This document shows positions 1 to 12,391 of a stretch of 64,000 bases of DNA, one piece after another. Each line of letters begins with the position of its first letter. Position 1 is the stretch's first letter. The stretch spans positions 3,286,001-3,350,000 of the forward strand of contig OZ218960.1 in the NCBI GenBank assembly GCA_965112735.1, written 5' to 3'. The translations under genes were made by a program, and so were the position numbers. The notes beneath the pieces were generated by a model. That model had not been told where the DNA came from. It saw only the letters and a list, made by a program, of their open reading frames with translations, and ran no database searches. The DNA comes from Phaeosaccion multiseriatum (Eukaryota > Protista > Ochrophyta, other classes).

Positions 1-223
1 AGGCCCAGCAGGTAGACTCAGGACAAGCACCTACTTTGACCACCACGGGCAGCGGATGATAGTTGTGTGCACCGTACTGATCCTCAAGTCCCATGTAGCC
101 AGGGCTGAAGCTTAAGTTACCGCCCAACTTGTTTGCTGCCTTACAAATTCCTGCCGTTACACTCTCGTCTCAGTGTCCCACAGACAAAACAAAAGCAAAA
201 ACAGCACGAAGGGCGCGGCTACG

Positions 224-1939
224 ATGGACATGGATGATGACGAGCAGCAGCAGGCGGCCATACGCCTCCAAGCCCTGCACCGGGGAATGCGGGCGCGACA
301 GAAGACGCGACAGCGGCGACAGCTCAAGCAGACGGAACGGGCGGAGCGTGAGAAGATGGCCACACGGCTGCAGGCTCTCAGCAGAGGCAAGAGGGAAAGG
401 CAGCTTGCGGGGGAGCGGAGGGAGCGGGTGGCCGCAGCCACTGCGATTCAGACCAAGATACGCGCCAAGCAGGCCACCAGAGGAGGAGGCGGGGAGGCGC
501 TGAGTGGGCCTGGACATTTCGAGAAGCACTCCATCGCACTCAATGGGGCGGACATTAAGAAGGGCCTTCATACGGTGGGCAGGAACCCGCACACGCTCAC
601 GCACTGCTACACGGGCCTGACCTTGAAGGACACGCACATTGGCAGCATCGCGGCCATTGCAGACTACCCTTTGCTGCAAAGCGTGGACCTCAGTGGGAAC
701 TGCATCTCTGACCTGCGCCCGCTGGCCCGCCTTCCCTTCCTCCTCGAGTTTAAGGCGTCCAGCAACTGCGTCAAAGAGTGAGTGATGTGATACTCGAGGG
801 GTCGAAGCGAGGGGCAAGGCGACGAACCATTGCATCACCTAAACTCATTGCTATCTCTCCCTATCTCTCTCCGCCCCCCGTCCCTCCCTCCCCCCCCTCC
901 CCCCTCTCCCACTCCCCCCCCCCTCTCCCCCACAGACTACCTGACTTGTCGCTGGTACGTGACGAGGATTACTCGTGGCGGGCCTCGGAGGCGGTGCTCC
1001 AGGATTGGCGCAGCGAGCTCGTGCACAGCGTCAGCATGCTGCACAATCTCGAGCTCGACTGTAACGAAATCGAGGTCATCCGCCCCATGCACGAGCACCG
1101 CTACCTGCAGCGCCTGGTTCTCAGCCACAACAATATTGGCAAGATAGAGGGGCTAGAGGGGCTCCACAGTCTCACTGACCTCGATCTCAGCTTCAATCGC
1201 ATCTCCGCCATTGGTACGGCGCTGAGCGGGCTCGGCATCACGGAGCTCAACCTCGAGCACAATGCCATCTGTGAAGTGGAAGGGGTGGACTCCAACCACC
1301 TCCCCCACCTGGCGACGCTCATGCTTGGTCACAACAAGATCACCACCTTGGGCGGGGCCAAGGGCTGTCTGCAGTTGCGAGCCCTGCACCTCGAGAACAA
1401 CTCCATCACACACATCCGCCAGGTGGAGTGGCTCACAGAGTCCACCGCGCTCTCCTGCCTCGTGCTGGAGGGCTGCCCGGTCATCGGGGAGGAGCTGTAT
1501 CGCCTGCGGGTCATCGCTCGCCTGCTGACCCTGCGCCTGCTCGACAGGACAAGCGTGAGCGCAATGGAGAAGGTGCGAGCGCTGAACCTGCAGGGAGGGG
1601 CCGACTCGGACCTGCCCAATCGCATCAAGACGCACATGGAGGCCTTCCGCGGGCCTAGGGGGGCAGGGGTCTGCGAGGGGGAGGAGATGGCAGTGGATGG
1701 GGAGGGCGAGTGCCTCAACGAACCCTTCTACCACGACATGTTGCCCAAGTGAGTGCCCTGAGTGCTGAGGAGTGAGTGGTGGGTAGTGAGAAGGGAGAGT
1801 CGACCATTGGGTACGGCATGCCGGCCACCCAACCGCATGAGTCCCCTCCCTCCCCCCCCGTCACCGCTGCCCTACCCGTACCCGTCTATCCTGCCCTGCC
1901 TGCAGATACGAGGAGCCCGAGCCGGAGCCCATCTTCTAG
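224..1939 (+). CDS. IQ-motif + leucine-rich repeat protein, LRGUK/LRRC23-like (axonemal type); 3 exons 224-777, 936-1748, 1906-1939
   Basis: N-terminal IQ-like motifs (LQALHRGMRAR, LQALSRGKRER, IQTKIRAKQA). SDS22-type LRRs (LQSVDLSGNCISDL, LQRLVLSHNNIGKIEGL) and an LRR cap (YRLRVIARLLTLRLLD). GT-AG introns keep the frame. No guanylate kinase domain. Confidence 0.75.
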
Positions 1940-3103
1940 ATAATTTACGCTCTGGGCCCTGCTGCCTCCAAGCAGATTAACAGATGGCTTGGAGGGGGAG
2001 TTGTGTGTCCGCCGAGGGGGGCGCTTTCGGCAAGCTAGAGCAGTGTGGGGAGCAAGACTGATTGATTCAAACGCCCCAGCTCAGCAGCCGATGCTTGCTG
2101 CCTGACGCTCTGCTTGACTTGGCCTGCCTCGAAGGTGTGGTGTGTGTGGTGTGGGCCAAAGGACCAACGGCGCTCTCCTCTCCTCTCCGCCTATAGAGTC
2201 ATTGAGTCCAAGCGGAGGGAGGCCCAGGCTCATGCAGCTGCACAAGCAAGGAGAGGATCAAAGGGCAGCGCAAGCTTCACTGCCTCGTGACTGGTGCCTC
2301 GGCTTGATGGCTTGCTGGGGCGCTGCTGGTCCTGCTGGCTCTGGCGCCGCCCGTCCAGCAGCATCCTCGGCCGCACAGAAAGTGCGCTGTTGGGGTCTTC
2401 CAAGGAACCTTCGGGGCGCAAGAAGCTTGGGGTTAGGGTGAGCGCCGATGTCAAGGCCTTCTTGCTCTCTTGCCGTGGTGGGGTACTGCTGCTTGGCTGC
2501 TGCCCTTGACCCAATGCCTGCGATTGCAGTCTTGCTGCTGCGCTGCATCGAGCGGGCCCCACAGGAGGGGCGGGACAGGCAGGGGTGGACTCTTACAATA
2601 GAGCAGTCATAAGGGCAAAGGGAAGGCAACTGCTTCGCCAAAGGATAGACGCTCGCGCTGGGATGCCTTTGCGTCTTCCGGCTGTGCTCACTCGAGGGAG
2701 GCATACATTCCCCCTTGTGTGACGAGAATGACAGAAAGAAAGGGGGTGTGGCTCTACATCTGCCCCTATCACAGATGGCTGCACCGGCTGGTAGGTCTGA
2801 AATGTCCTCATTCAAATAATTACCAAGTAATTAGCGCGAAGCACTCTCCCCCAATTTGATTGGGGGATACCTTGGGTTTTTTTTTGGTTTTTTGTTGGGA
2901 TTGGGGAATATACACTTGATTGGAGGATACCTGTAAACTCAGAGCGTTACCTCTTCCTCTCTGACGCCTTTCGTACCTCCTCCAGAGAGACTTAGCAGCA
3001 CAGTAGCAGCGTCACTGCCCCTCCAGCCCCGCCTCAGACCCGCGGAATAGTCACAAGCGACTCACGGTGCCGTAGCTTCACTAAGAGGGCCCCTCAGGTC
3101 CTC

Positions 3104-4105
3104 TCAGGCCTCCGCCTCTATGATGGTGCCGTCGTTCTCCATGTGCGGGCCCCCACCGAAGGCCTTATACTTGGGCAGGCTGTCGGCCCAATCGAAGAGC
3201 CTGTTCTCGTAGTTGGTATGGGCCTGACAGACAGACAGACAGACAGACAGACACAGACAGACAGACAGACAGACAGACAGGGGGAAAGTCACGACAGAGG
3301 TGACGAAATGAGTGTGTGGTGCGGCGTGTGTGCGGTGTGGGCGGACTACAGCACCACATACATACATACATATATATATACATACATACATACATGCATA
3401 ATATACATACATACGTATACACATACATACATGCATACATACATACATACATGCATGCATGCATGCATACATAACATACATACATACATACATACATACA
3501 CACATACATATACATACATACATACATACATACATACATACATACATACATACATACATACATACATACATACATACTCTTTACGAACAGAACAGAACAG
3601 AACAGAACAGCGCAGGCACGTGCGTCAGTGCGCGCCCCTCACCTTTGGCCACCACTCTTTGGGCAGGGGCCTGGGGTGTATGCCATCCACAAGCAAGTTC
3701 ATTGGAGCTATGGCTCTGAAGTTTCCCCCCACAGGGCCTTGGTGCACGAGCGAGCCGCACGTCGAGCAGAAGCAGCGAGAAACCTGGGACAGTGGCAGGT
3801 ATGCATTCATGCACATCAGAGGATAAACAATAGGACAGTTCAAATCAACCTTAACTCCCCTCTCTCTCTTTCTCTCGCTCTCGTTGTACCTCCGTTCCGT
3901 GTGTCCGGACGAATTCATGCCCCTCGGTGACGACTACACCGCTTGCAGGAGATACAGCTAGAATATGCATAGGGCCAGCACCGCGGTTCCTAGTGCAATT
4001 GAGGCAATGGCATAAAACAATCCATTCAACCTCCCCTTCCACACTCCACTTGACCTTCCCACAGTGGCAGGTGCCTGTACTCTCGATTCTCTCCTTTGTG
4101 CTCAT
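3104..4105 (-). CDS. GFA/CENP-V family zinc protein, copy 1; exons 4105-3890, 3783-3643, 3223-3104 (158 aa)
   Basis: Family Cys pattern GTCHCGKV...CHCLNC...RCFCSTCGS, plus DSLPKY near the C-terminus. Both introns are phase-0 GT-AG. Confidence 0.88.
3225..3610. repeat. Compound intronic microsatellite (ACAG)n, (TACA)n, (AACAG)n
   Basis: Directly visible in intron 2 of GFA copy 1. It produces the spurious MYVC/HTYI ORFs. Confidence 0.95.
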
Positions 4106-4909
4106 GTTATACCCTCTGGATTGAGAGTGCAGTAGGAGGAGGCGAGGGGAGGGGAGAGGAGGGGAAGGGAGGGGGTGAGGGGATGAGGGGGGTAGGGCAG
4201 GGGGGCGGGGGTTAGGGCGGGAGGTTTTTTTGTTTTTTTTTTGGTCATTTGTGCACTGGTAGTTGAAGGAAAGGAGGGAGGTGGTTTATGGACTAAACGA
4301 GGCAGTTGCTGGCCACCACATGCCAACACCTGGCGTTGATTCTGCACAATAGGCCTGAGCAAGACACTGCATCGGCTTTGGCGCCCTTGGATGGGCTCAC
4401 CCCAGCCTGTTTTGGTCCACTACCAGCAAAAACAGTGCTCTCTCACTCCCTCCCTCCTTCTCTTCGTCCCTCCTCCTCCCCCTTCCCAACTCACCCTACG
4501 CACTTGGCCTCTGTGAGTTGATCTTGCCTGTGAGCTTAATATTAACAAAAAAAAAGCTTAATTGCTTAATTGCATCTTCGGATCTTCCCCGGCGAGGGCT
4601 TGAAGGGCCAGCCAATTAAATTCAAATCCCCCCACCACAACTGGCGACTGGCTAGTGGATTACAACAAGCGAAGAGACTTTATGGGTTGAGGATGTAGCT
4701 CCTCCGAGCGAAGCAAAGATACGCAGTGGATGCCCGCAAGTGTCCGATGCCGAATCTCCCGCGCATAGAGGGATCACTGGAGACCCACAGCCAACCTTCG
4801 TCTAATGGCGCACATAGCACGCGCATAGACTGCCATGTTCAGGTGTTCGCCCCCCCCAGCAATGTGGGTGGCGAGTGCTTTAATAGCATCGCCCTCCTAA
4901 GTCAATAAA

Positions 4910-5899
4910 TTACCCAGGGCCCGTCCCGTCCGTCCTCAGATCCGCCTCCTTGATGGTGCCGTCGTTCTCCATCTGCGGGCCGTCCGCAAAGACCTTATAT
5001 TTGGGCAGGCTGTCCGCCCAATCGAAGAGCCTGTTCTCGTAGTTGGAATGGACCTGATCGACGGGTGACGAAAAAGGCGACGAAATGAGTGTGTGGTGCG
5101 GCGTGTGTGCGGTGTGGGCGGACTACAGTACCACATACATACATATGTACATACATACGTACACACATACATCAACCCCTGACGCGCTGTTGAGCTATCG
5201 CTGTTGCCGGCGTCAGCCGGCACGCTGTCGCTAATAGCTATTGCCGGCGCCAGCCGGCACGCTAGGAGCTATTGCCAGCGCCAGCCGGCACGCTATCAGC
5301 TATTGATGCGTGCCAATAGCGCGCTATTGGGCCCGAAGGGACGATAGCTGAGATGTCCTACATACATACTTCGTACTGTACTATTTATGGACAGAACAGC
5401 GCAGGCAGCGTGCGTCAGTGCGCGCCCCTCACCTTTGGCCACCACTCTTTGGGCAGGGGCCTGGGGTGTATGCCATCCACAAGCAAGTTCATTGGAGCTA
5501 TGGCTCTGAAGTTTTCCCCCACAGGGCCTTGGTGCACGAGCGAGCCGCACGTCGAGCAGAAGCAGCGAGAAACCTGGGACAGTGGCAGGTATGCATTCAT
5601 GCACATCAGAGGACAAACAATAGGACAGTTCAAATCAACCTTAACTCCCCTCTCTCTCTCGCTCTCGCTCTCTCTCGTAGTACCTCCGTTCCGTGTGTCA
5701 GGACGAATTCATGCCCCTCGGTGACGACTACACCGCTTGCAGGAGTTACAGCTAGAAGATGGATAGGGCCAGCACCGCGGTTCCTAGTGCAATTGAGGCA
5801 ATGGCATAACTCAATCCATTCAATCTCCCCTTCCACACTCCACTTGACCTTCCCACAGTGGCAGGTGCCTGTACTCTTGATTTTGTCCTTTGTGCCCAT
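4910..5899 (-). CDS. GFA/CENP-V family zinc protein, copy 2 (tandem duplicate); exons 5899-5684, 5573-5433, 5053-4910
   Basis: Same exon structure and Cys motifs as copy 1, with near-identical exon 2 and intron 1. The C-terminus is extended (…IKEADLRTDGTGPG*). Confidence 0.88.
5173..5356. repeat. Insertion in GFA copy 2 intron with three GCCGGCGCCAGCCGGCACGCT-like units
   Basis: Interrupts the (TACA)n array and is absent from the paralogous intron of copy 1. Confidence 0.7.
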
Positions 5900-6226
5900 T
5901 TTTTTTTTTTGAAGAGGGGTACCTTCTGGATCGAGAGTGTAGTAGGAGGAGAGGAGGGAATGGGGATGTGGGTGGTAGGGCGGGGGGGCGGGGGTTAGGG
6001 CGGGGCTTATACTTGTGTAGTGTACTGGTAGTTGAAGGAAAGGAGGAAGGAAAGAGAGGAAAGGCATTTTCTGGCCACAATAATACAGGATTACAATCTC
6101 GGGTAGAAAAGGAAACATCTGTCTAAAAGTAATGGAAGACCCGACCCATAGTCTGGAGAACCGGAGAACCAACGCTCCCCCCTTCTTACAATCACGGGTG
6201 TAATATACTTCGAAGTAATTCTTATC

Positions 6227-8041
6227 ATGCCCCTAATCGATCTCCCTCCAGACAACGTGACACTCTTCGCTGGGCTGAGCGACGACGATGATTCTGAGGA
6301 AGATTTTGAGGAGGAAGTGAGCTTGCCGAGCTTGTCCCGCACGAGCAAGAAGGGCAGCAGCGGAAAGGAGCGGAAGGGGAAAGCGGCCGATGAAGCGTGG
6401 TCTTCTCTGCCAGTGCCTGAGCTTGGACCAAGTACACACGACGGGGAGGAGGAGGAAGCTGGGGGGCATACTGAGGAAGAGGATGGGGGGGAGGGGGAAG
6501 AAGCGGAAGCGGCCAACCCTTTCGCTTCCTTTGGGTTTGGGTCTTCTTCCGGATCGGGGGGAGGGGAAGCACCAAAGCGGAGGCCCTCCATTCATGTGAA
6601 GAGTGGATTCAAGAGAAAGCTTCCTGGAGCAGCGTCGCATGGCTCAAGGGCAGACGCTGGGCATTTGCCGCCCTTTCTTCGCCAGCAGCAGCAGCAGCAG
6701 GAGGAGGTGGAGGGGGAGAATGTGGTAGCGACCGCAGCGGAGGGGGTCAAGGATAAGGGCAAGGGCAAGGGCAAGGGCAAGGGTAAGGGCGCGGCACAGC
6801 CGCAGCCCCGGAAGCAGAAGAAGCAGAGCAACGTGGCGCTGAGTGTGGAGCAGCTGGGGGCGCTGGGCCAGGAGGAGCGTGCTAAGCTCAGGCTCAAATG
6901 GAGAGATATGGTCACGCCAGATGCGGCGAGGGGGGAGCTTGGGGAGGAGGCTTACCGCTTCCAGGTAGGCGTAGGGGCGATAGGGCCAGACTTCTCTCTC
7001 TCCCTCTCTCTCTCACACACACACTCTCTCTGTGTGTGTGTGTGTGTTCCACAATGCCTGCCTATGATACTTTTGGACGCGTGTGCGTGCGTGCGTACTT
7101 GTGTGCGTTCGTGCGTGCGTGTACAGGTGTTTGCGGGGGTGCTGTTGTGCAGTCGTGCCCGGAGGGATGTGGTGAAGGCGGCCATGCTTGACCTCCACAA
7201 GGCCCTCTTGGAGCAGCAGCAGCAGCAGCAGCAGTTGGTGAAACAGGAGGAACAGGAGAAGGACAAGGAGAGGTGCCTGGGGCTATGCGTGGACAGCGTG
7301 GCGGCTATGGAGGTGGAGGAGCTTGCCACTGCAATCAAGACTGTGCACTTTAACAAGGTGAGTAGGGACTGGGTTCTAATTGGGGGGGGTATCTCTACTT
7401 GTTACTGACCGCCTTCCTCCAACGTATGTATGTACCAACCAAATGACTACAGGCGAAAGCCAAACATTTGTGGGTGAGTGGGTCCGTGTAGGGGGAGGAG
7501 GGGGAGGAGGAGGAGGAGGAGGAGGAGGAGGAGGAGGGGGGGGTGCCTCAGACATCACACTGACTCAAACAACACACACGGTCCTGCGAGTGTGTGTGTC
7601 GGGTCTCTATGAACCAACCAACGACCCCACCACCCCCACCACCCCCACCACCGCCACCACCACCAGGAGTCTGCTCACATCATTAGGTCCAGATTTGGAG
7701 GAACGGTTCCTAAGGAAGAGAGGTCTCTCCGCACGCTTCCCGGAATCGGGCCCCAGCTGTCTGCACTTCTCTGTGTGGTCAACCAAAGAATGCCTGGGCT
7801 GACCCCCCCACCAGCAGCCAAGCCACCAGCTGAAGGGGGCCCAACCGAGGTGGGGGCATTTAAAGTCGTGGACCTCGCAGCGAGTGATGAAGAAGGGGAC
7901 AAAGAAGAGGACATGTCCCCCGGACACGCCACGCAGGAGCTGGCGGGGAGGAGGAGAGTACGGGGGCGCCCTTGCCTGAGAAGGAGGATGGGCCATGATC
8001 CCTTGCCCTCGGACAGGACGGACCCGCGTCTCCCGTCATGA
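6227..8041 (+). CDS. Endonuclease III (Nth/NTHL1)-like HhH protein with long disordered N-terminus, probably non-catalytic; exons 6227-6964, 7127-7357, 7453-7473, 7667-8041
   Basis: Spliced sequence RFQVFAGVLLCSRARRDVVKAAM…GLCVDSVAAMEVEELATAIKTVHFNKAKAKHLWESAHIIRSRFGGTVPKEERSLRTLPGIGPQL follows the Nth helical domain and HhH hairpin. Confidence 0.72.
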
Positions 8042-8324
8042 TAGTAGCAGGAAGGCAGGCTGCGCACGGCAGCGCACGCACACACCCTCACCCTTGCTGG
8101 CTCTGCAGCTGCAGCTTCTTCAGTAAGTCAGTAAGCCAAAGCAAAGCCGGACCCACACGTTATTGTTATAAAAAAAATACTTCGATGACAATGCCCACCT
8201 GCAACAATGACATGCTTGCCCTCGGTATGCCTGTTGGTCTCTTGGTCCTTCGCATCTCATCTCTCTCTGTCTCCGCCGTCGTCGCCAGCCCTCCCTCTCA
8301 AAGGCCTCTCGTACCACAGGCCTG

Positions 8325-9114
8325 TCATAGGCCGTGTGTGAAGGTCTCCCCCTTGGCCTTGGTGCCGGGGGCCACAGTTGCATGCGCACCCACTTGGCAG
8401 TCGTTGAGGTTGCAGCCCTCTCCGACGGTGGCGTCGCTGCACACGATGCTGTTCTGCACAATGCAGTTGTCTTTGATGGTGACTCTCTGCATGAGCAGGC
8501 AGTTGTTGATACGGCAGCGGGGCCCGACAACGCAGCCCTCGCCCAACACGGAGAGCTTACATGTCACCTTCTCGGCCACCTGCCACACGAGTACCGCGAG
8601 GGAGGGAGGGAGGGAGGGAGGGAGGGAGGGGGGAGGGATGGAGGGGATACAGACACAGACATACACACAGAGACGTGGATTCGATCCTGCTGAGTAACCG
8701 CGCAACTTGGTGGGGGAATAGATGGGGAAGGGTCTGATGGAGGAGGAGGGGGCAGGGGGGAAGAATGAAATGCAACCAAAGGAGTGCATCACACCCCTTT
8801 GGTACTTTGGATACCCCGACCAGGAAACCCTTCACCACCGCCGGTGCTAGGCTCTCAGGACAGAGAGACAGGAAAGAGACAAGGACTGAGAGAGAACACA
8901 CAAGAGAGGGCAAGAGAAATAGAGATTCCCCTGATTCCACTCTCCACTCCACTCCACCCCACTCCCGGACCCTCCCCTCCCCTCCACTCCACTCACTTGG
9001 CAGTCCCTGCCTTTGACCGTCTGGTCCTTCTTGTTGACCCTCTCCGGCGCTGGCCATGGCCGCTTGTAGCTTGCTCGCCTCTGACCGCCCTTGATGCTGC
9101 TACTGCTGCTGCTA

Positions 9115-9148
<34 letters not shown>

Positions 9149-12130
9149 CGCCCCCCTCTAGCACTTGGCGCTGCATGGCGGCGTACTGTCCGAGGCTTTT
9201 GGCCTGCAGGCACTGCCCCTCCCCTCCGCGGAGCATCTAAGGGGAGGGGAGGGGAAGCCGGTGAGAGACGATGAGGTGAGGGGGTGAGGGGGTGAGGCAA
9301 AGGAGAGGACAACAAGTCGCTCTCTTGGTCTCTCTCTCTCTATCTAGCTGTATGGTAGTGCTCGGCTCGTGTCACTTTGACACAAAGGGCATCAGTCACG
9401 GCATATTCATCGGTCGTTGCACTGAGAGGAGCTGCGCATCTGCCCATCACCGCAGTTTCAGTTTCCAGTTTGTGTGTGGCCGTATGAGAGTTCTCCGAGC
9501 TGGTGTGCATTCGTACGACGCGCTTACCTTGGCGAAGCAGCGAAGTTTGTCCTCCCCCTCTCCGCCGTCTCCTGCCGATGCCGAGGACCCGCCGCTTTGG
9601 TTGTGCTGATCGGTGAGTCTGTCCACCGGGTTATCCGTCTGCACCACACGCGCGCAGCACGCACATGTACACAGACAGACAGCGCGCGAGAGAGAGGGGG
9701 GAAGAGGGAGAGTTGGAGGGAGAAAAAGACAAGTACTGCGGAAGCTCACTCGTCGCGAGAGAAAAGAAAGAGCGTCCTCAGCAGAGGTTCCCCTCCCTCC
9801 TCTCCCTGCCTGTGACTAACCTCCATGGGCCCATCATCGGCCGAGGGCGTTGAGGAGATGTTTGGTTGAAACTGTCTCCTCACCAGGGCGGGCACGAGGT
9901 CGTTGGAGAGGGAAGAGAGGGTGCGGTGCTCCTGCTCCAGCGGAGCCAAACACGCACGCACGCACACACACACGCACACACACATACGGAGGCGGAGCCG
10001 GAGAGAAGGACAGACCGAGAGAGAGGGGAGGGAGGGGCTGAGGTATATGCACACCCGAGCTTGACTCGGCTCAGCAGGCTCCGAAGAGGTGATGGAGAGC
10101 ACCGGCCCCTCAGACCCCTCCCTGCCTGACCATATGCCCCATGCCCAATGCCTACTATGCCTGCTGCCCATATGCCTGCGTATCCAAATGCCAGCATGCC
10201 CATATGCCTGCTCTGCCCATACGCCTGTCCGCCCGTACGCCTCACCTCCAGGTACTGCAGGGCCGGCTCGGAGAGGATCATCACCCCCATATCCACCCAC
10301 TTGGTGGTGATGGTGATGGAGCGGTGGTGGTGTAGCAGGCTCTTCTTGATGCTCAACAGCTCCTCCACATCCCTGGGGCAGGGGGGGAGACAGAGAGGGA
10401 GAGAGAGGAGGGAAGTGTGTGTGTGAGATAGGGAGAGGAAAACATGAAGGACGGAGAGAAAGAGGGAGAGCAGCTGGGGGCGATGAGCTCTGTCCGTGGA
10501 GACAGAGACAGACGCCCACCGGGGAAGCGTGCTTGTTGTCTGCGTGCCCCCCTCGCCCCTCGCCCCTCGCCCCTCCCCTCTTCTCTCTCTCTCTCTCTCT
10601 CTGTCGGCGCTTACAGCTGCGGCGTCTTGATGGCGATTTGGCCCTCATCCGTCATGCCGATAAAGTCCACGTCCTCCGCGTCTCTGCGAGTAGAGGCATG
10701 CAGGGAGGGTAGGAGAAAGGGAATTAGAGGCATACAGGGACGGGAGAAGAGGAGCTGCCCCGCCCTCCCCCCGGCCCCCCCCCACAAGGAAAAGCTTTGC
10801 TCTATCGATCTTCCCCCCGCCTCACCGCTTCGGCCTCGTCCGCTTGCCCTTGATCTCCGTTGGCGCCGGCTCCTGAAGCGGACGGAAGAGGGGGGAGAAA
10901 GCTTGAGGTGGGAAAAGGAAGACACGGGGCCCCTCCTTAAAGCCGCAAAGGTGGGAGCACGAGTCACCGCACGCAGGCACATGGGCGGTATGTTGGCAGG
11001 CATCCTGAGTGCCGCACTGTTAATGGCTGGGCCAAAGGATGGGCGGTGCACACGAGCCCCCAACCTCCATGCTCCACCCGCCCGCCCCCCTGTCTCTCCC
11101 TGCCCATATGCTGCTGCATGCCCGGCTGCCCGGCCGACCTACCTCTGCCAGCAGGAGCGTGACGTCGCTCTTGTTCATTCTGTGGGTGCGTGCAAGGTCC
11201 CTCACCACCTCGTGGCACATCAAGTCGCCGGGCAGCACCAGCAGGTCCGTCGTGATGCGCGGCCGCAGCTGAGGGAAGGGGTCGGAGGGGGGCAGACCAG
11301 TCAGGCAGTCAGGCAATCAGTCAGTCAGGCAGCAAGCAGGCAGGCAGGCAGGCAGCCAGCCAGCCAGGCAGTCAGTCAGGCAAGCAAGCAGGCAGGCAGC
11401 CAGGCAGCCAGGCAGCCAGGCAGCCAGGCAGTCAGGCAGTCAGGCGGTGAGGTACCAGATAGTCAGGCTGAGTCCTCTGCCAGTGGATCTCTCCACCGCC
11501 CCTCTCGCCCCCCCCCACCCCACCCAACCATCCACCTACCTGTCTGATGACGTCAGCGCTCTGCTGCGTGCCCGAGATGACCACGAGCTCCACCTGCAGT
11601 GGGCCCGTGTAGCCGTCGAGGAAGGCCTGCACCTGGCCCGCCCCATCGTCGGACACCACCACCAGCACGGACTCGAAGGTGGCCATGGCCAACAGGTCCA
11701 GCTGGTACGCCAGGATGGGCCTAGCCATCATCCGTAGGGGGCACGAGTTAAGGGTAAGGCGTTTATTATTGTTAGGGTAGGGGCGGAAGGGAGGCACATC
11801 ATCGCACAGCCACTACGCAAGCAGGGTTGTGGGGGGCGGAAGCCAGGCAAGCATTCATAGACGATTTGTGTGGAAGACCCGCGGAGACGGAAATACAACA
11901 ATGCAGCCTTTTCCATTAGCGCAAGTCCCAGAAAGGATGCCCTTTCTATCTTCTTCTCTTCGCCCTCCCTCCATCCTTTGCCTCCCAACTCTCACTCACT
12001 TGTTGAGCACGGGGAGGAGCGTGGTGGGGCAGTGGGCCGTGAGTGGGTAGAGGCGCGCTCCGTCATCGTTGGCGATGATGACCACCTCTAGCTCTGCGCG
12101 TCCGAATGGCCCCTCTTTGGCGGAGGACAT
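8325..12130 (-). CDS. EIF2B3: Translation initiation factor eIF2B gamma subunit (multi-exon)
   Basis: N-terminal nucleotidyltransferase-like domain (GARLYPLTAHCPTTLLPVLNKPILAYQLDLL; DLLVLPGDL). C-terminal hexapeptide left-handed beta-helix (CKLSVLGEGCVVGPRCRINNCLLMQRVTIKDNCIVQNSIVC). Exon 1 is 12130-12000. Confidence 0.88.
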
Positions 12131-12391
12131 GACGCTTTGGCTGAGGACAAAATCCCCCCCTTTGCTTATGAGCTCCCACCGCCACCGCTCCGGCGCAAGT
12201 CTGAAGTAAGGACTCAGAGAAAGAGGAAACCACGATCGCCTCGACCCCTCTCCTTTGCTCGTGTGTGCATCGAATTCGATCCATCATTACTCTCTCGGCG
12301 AAGATGGCAGCAGACGGGAGCTTTTGCTTGACTTACTACTGGATAAATTCCGTTACAGCCTCCTTCCTTCTAATCGTAATCGTAGAGCAAA

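Noticed and set aside
2140-2930. Possible gene or TE between the LRR gene and GFA copy 1 (short ORFs, hairpin at ~2847-2866, CAGGGGTGGACTC shared with 27910)
   Set aside because: No recognisable domain, no consistent exon chain, and no inverted partner for the 13-mer.
3143-3826. Long ORFs of MYVC/HTYI, THSL, ACLP or QAGR repeats here and elsewhere
   Set aside because: They are translations of intronic microsatellites.
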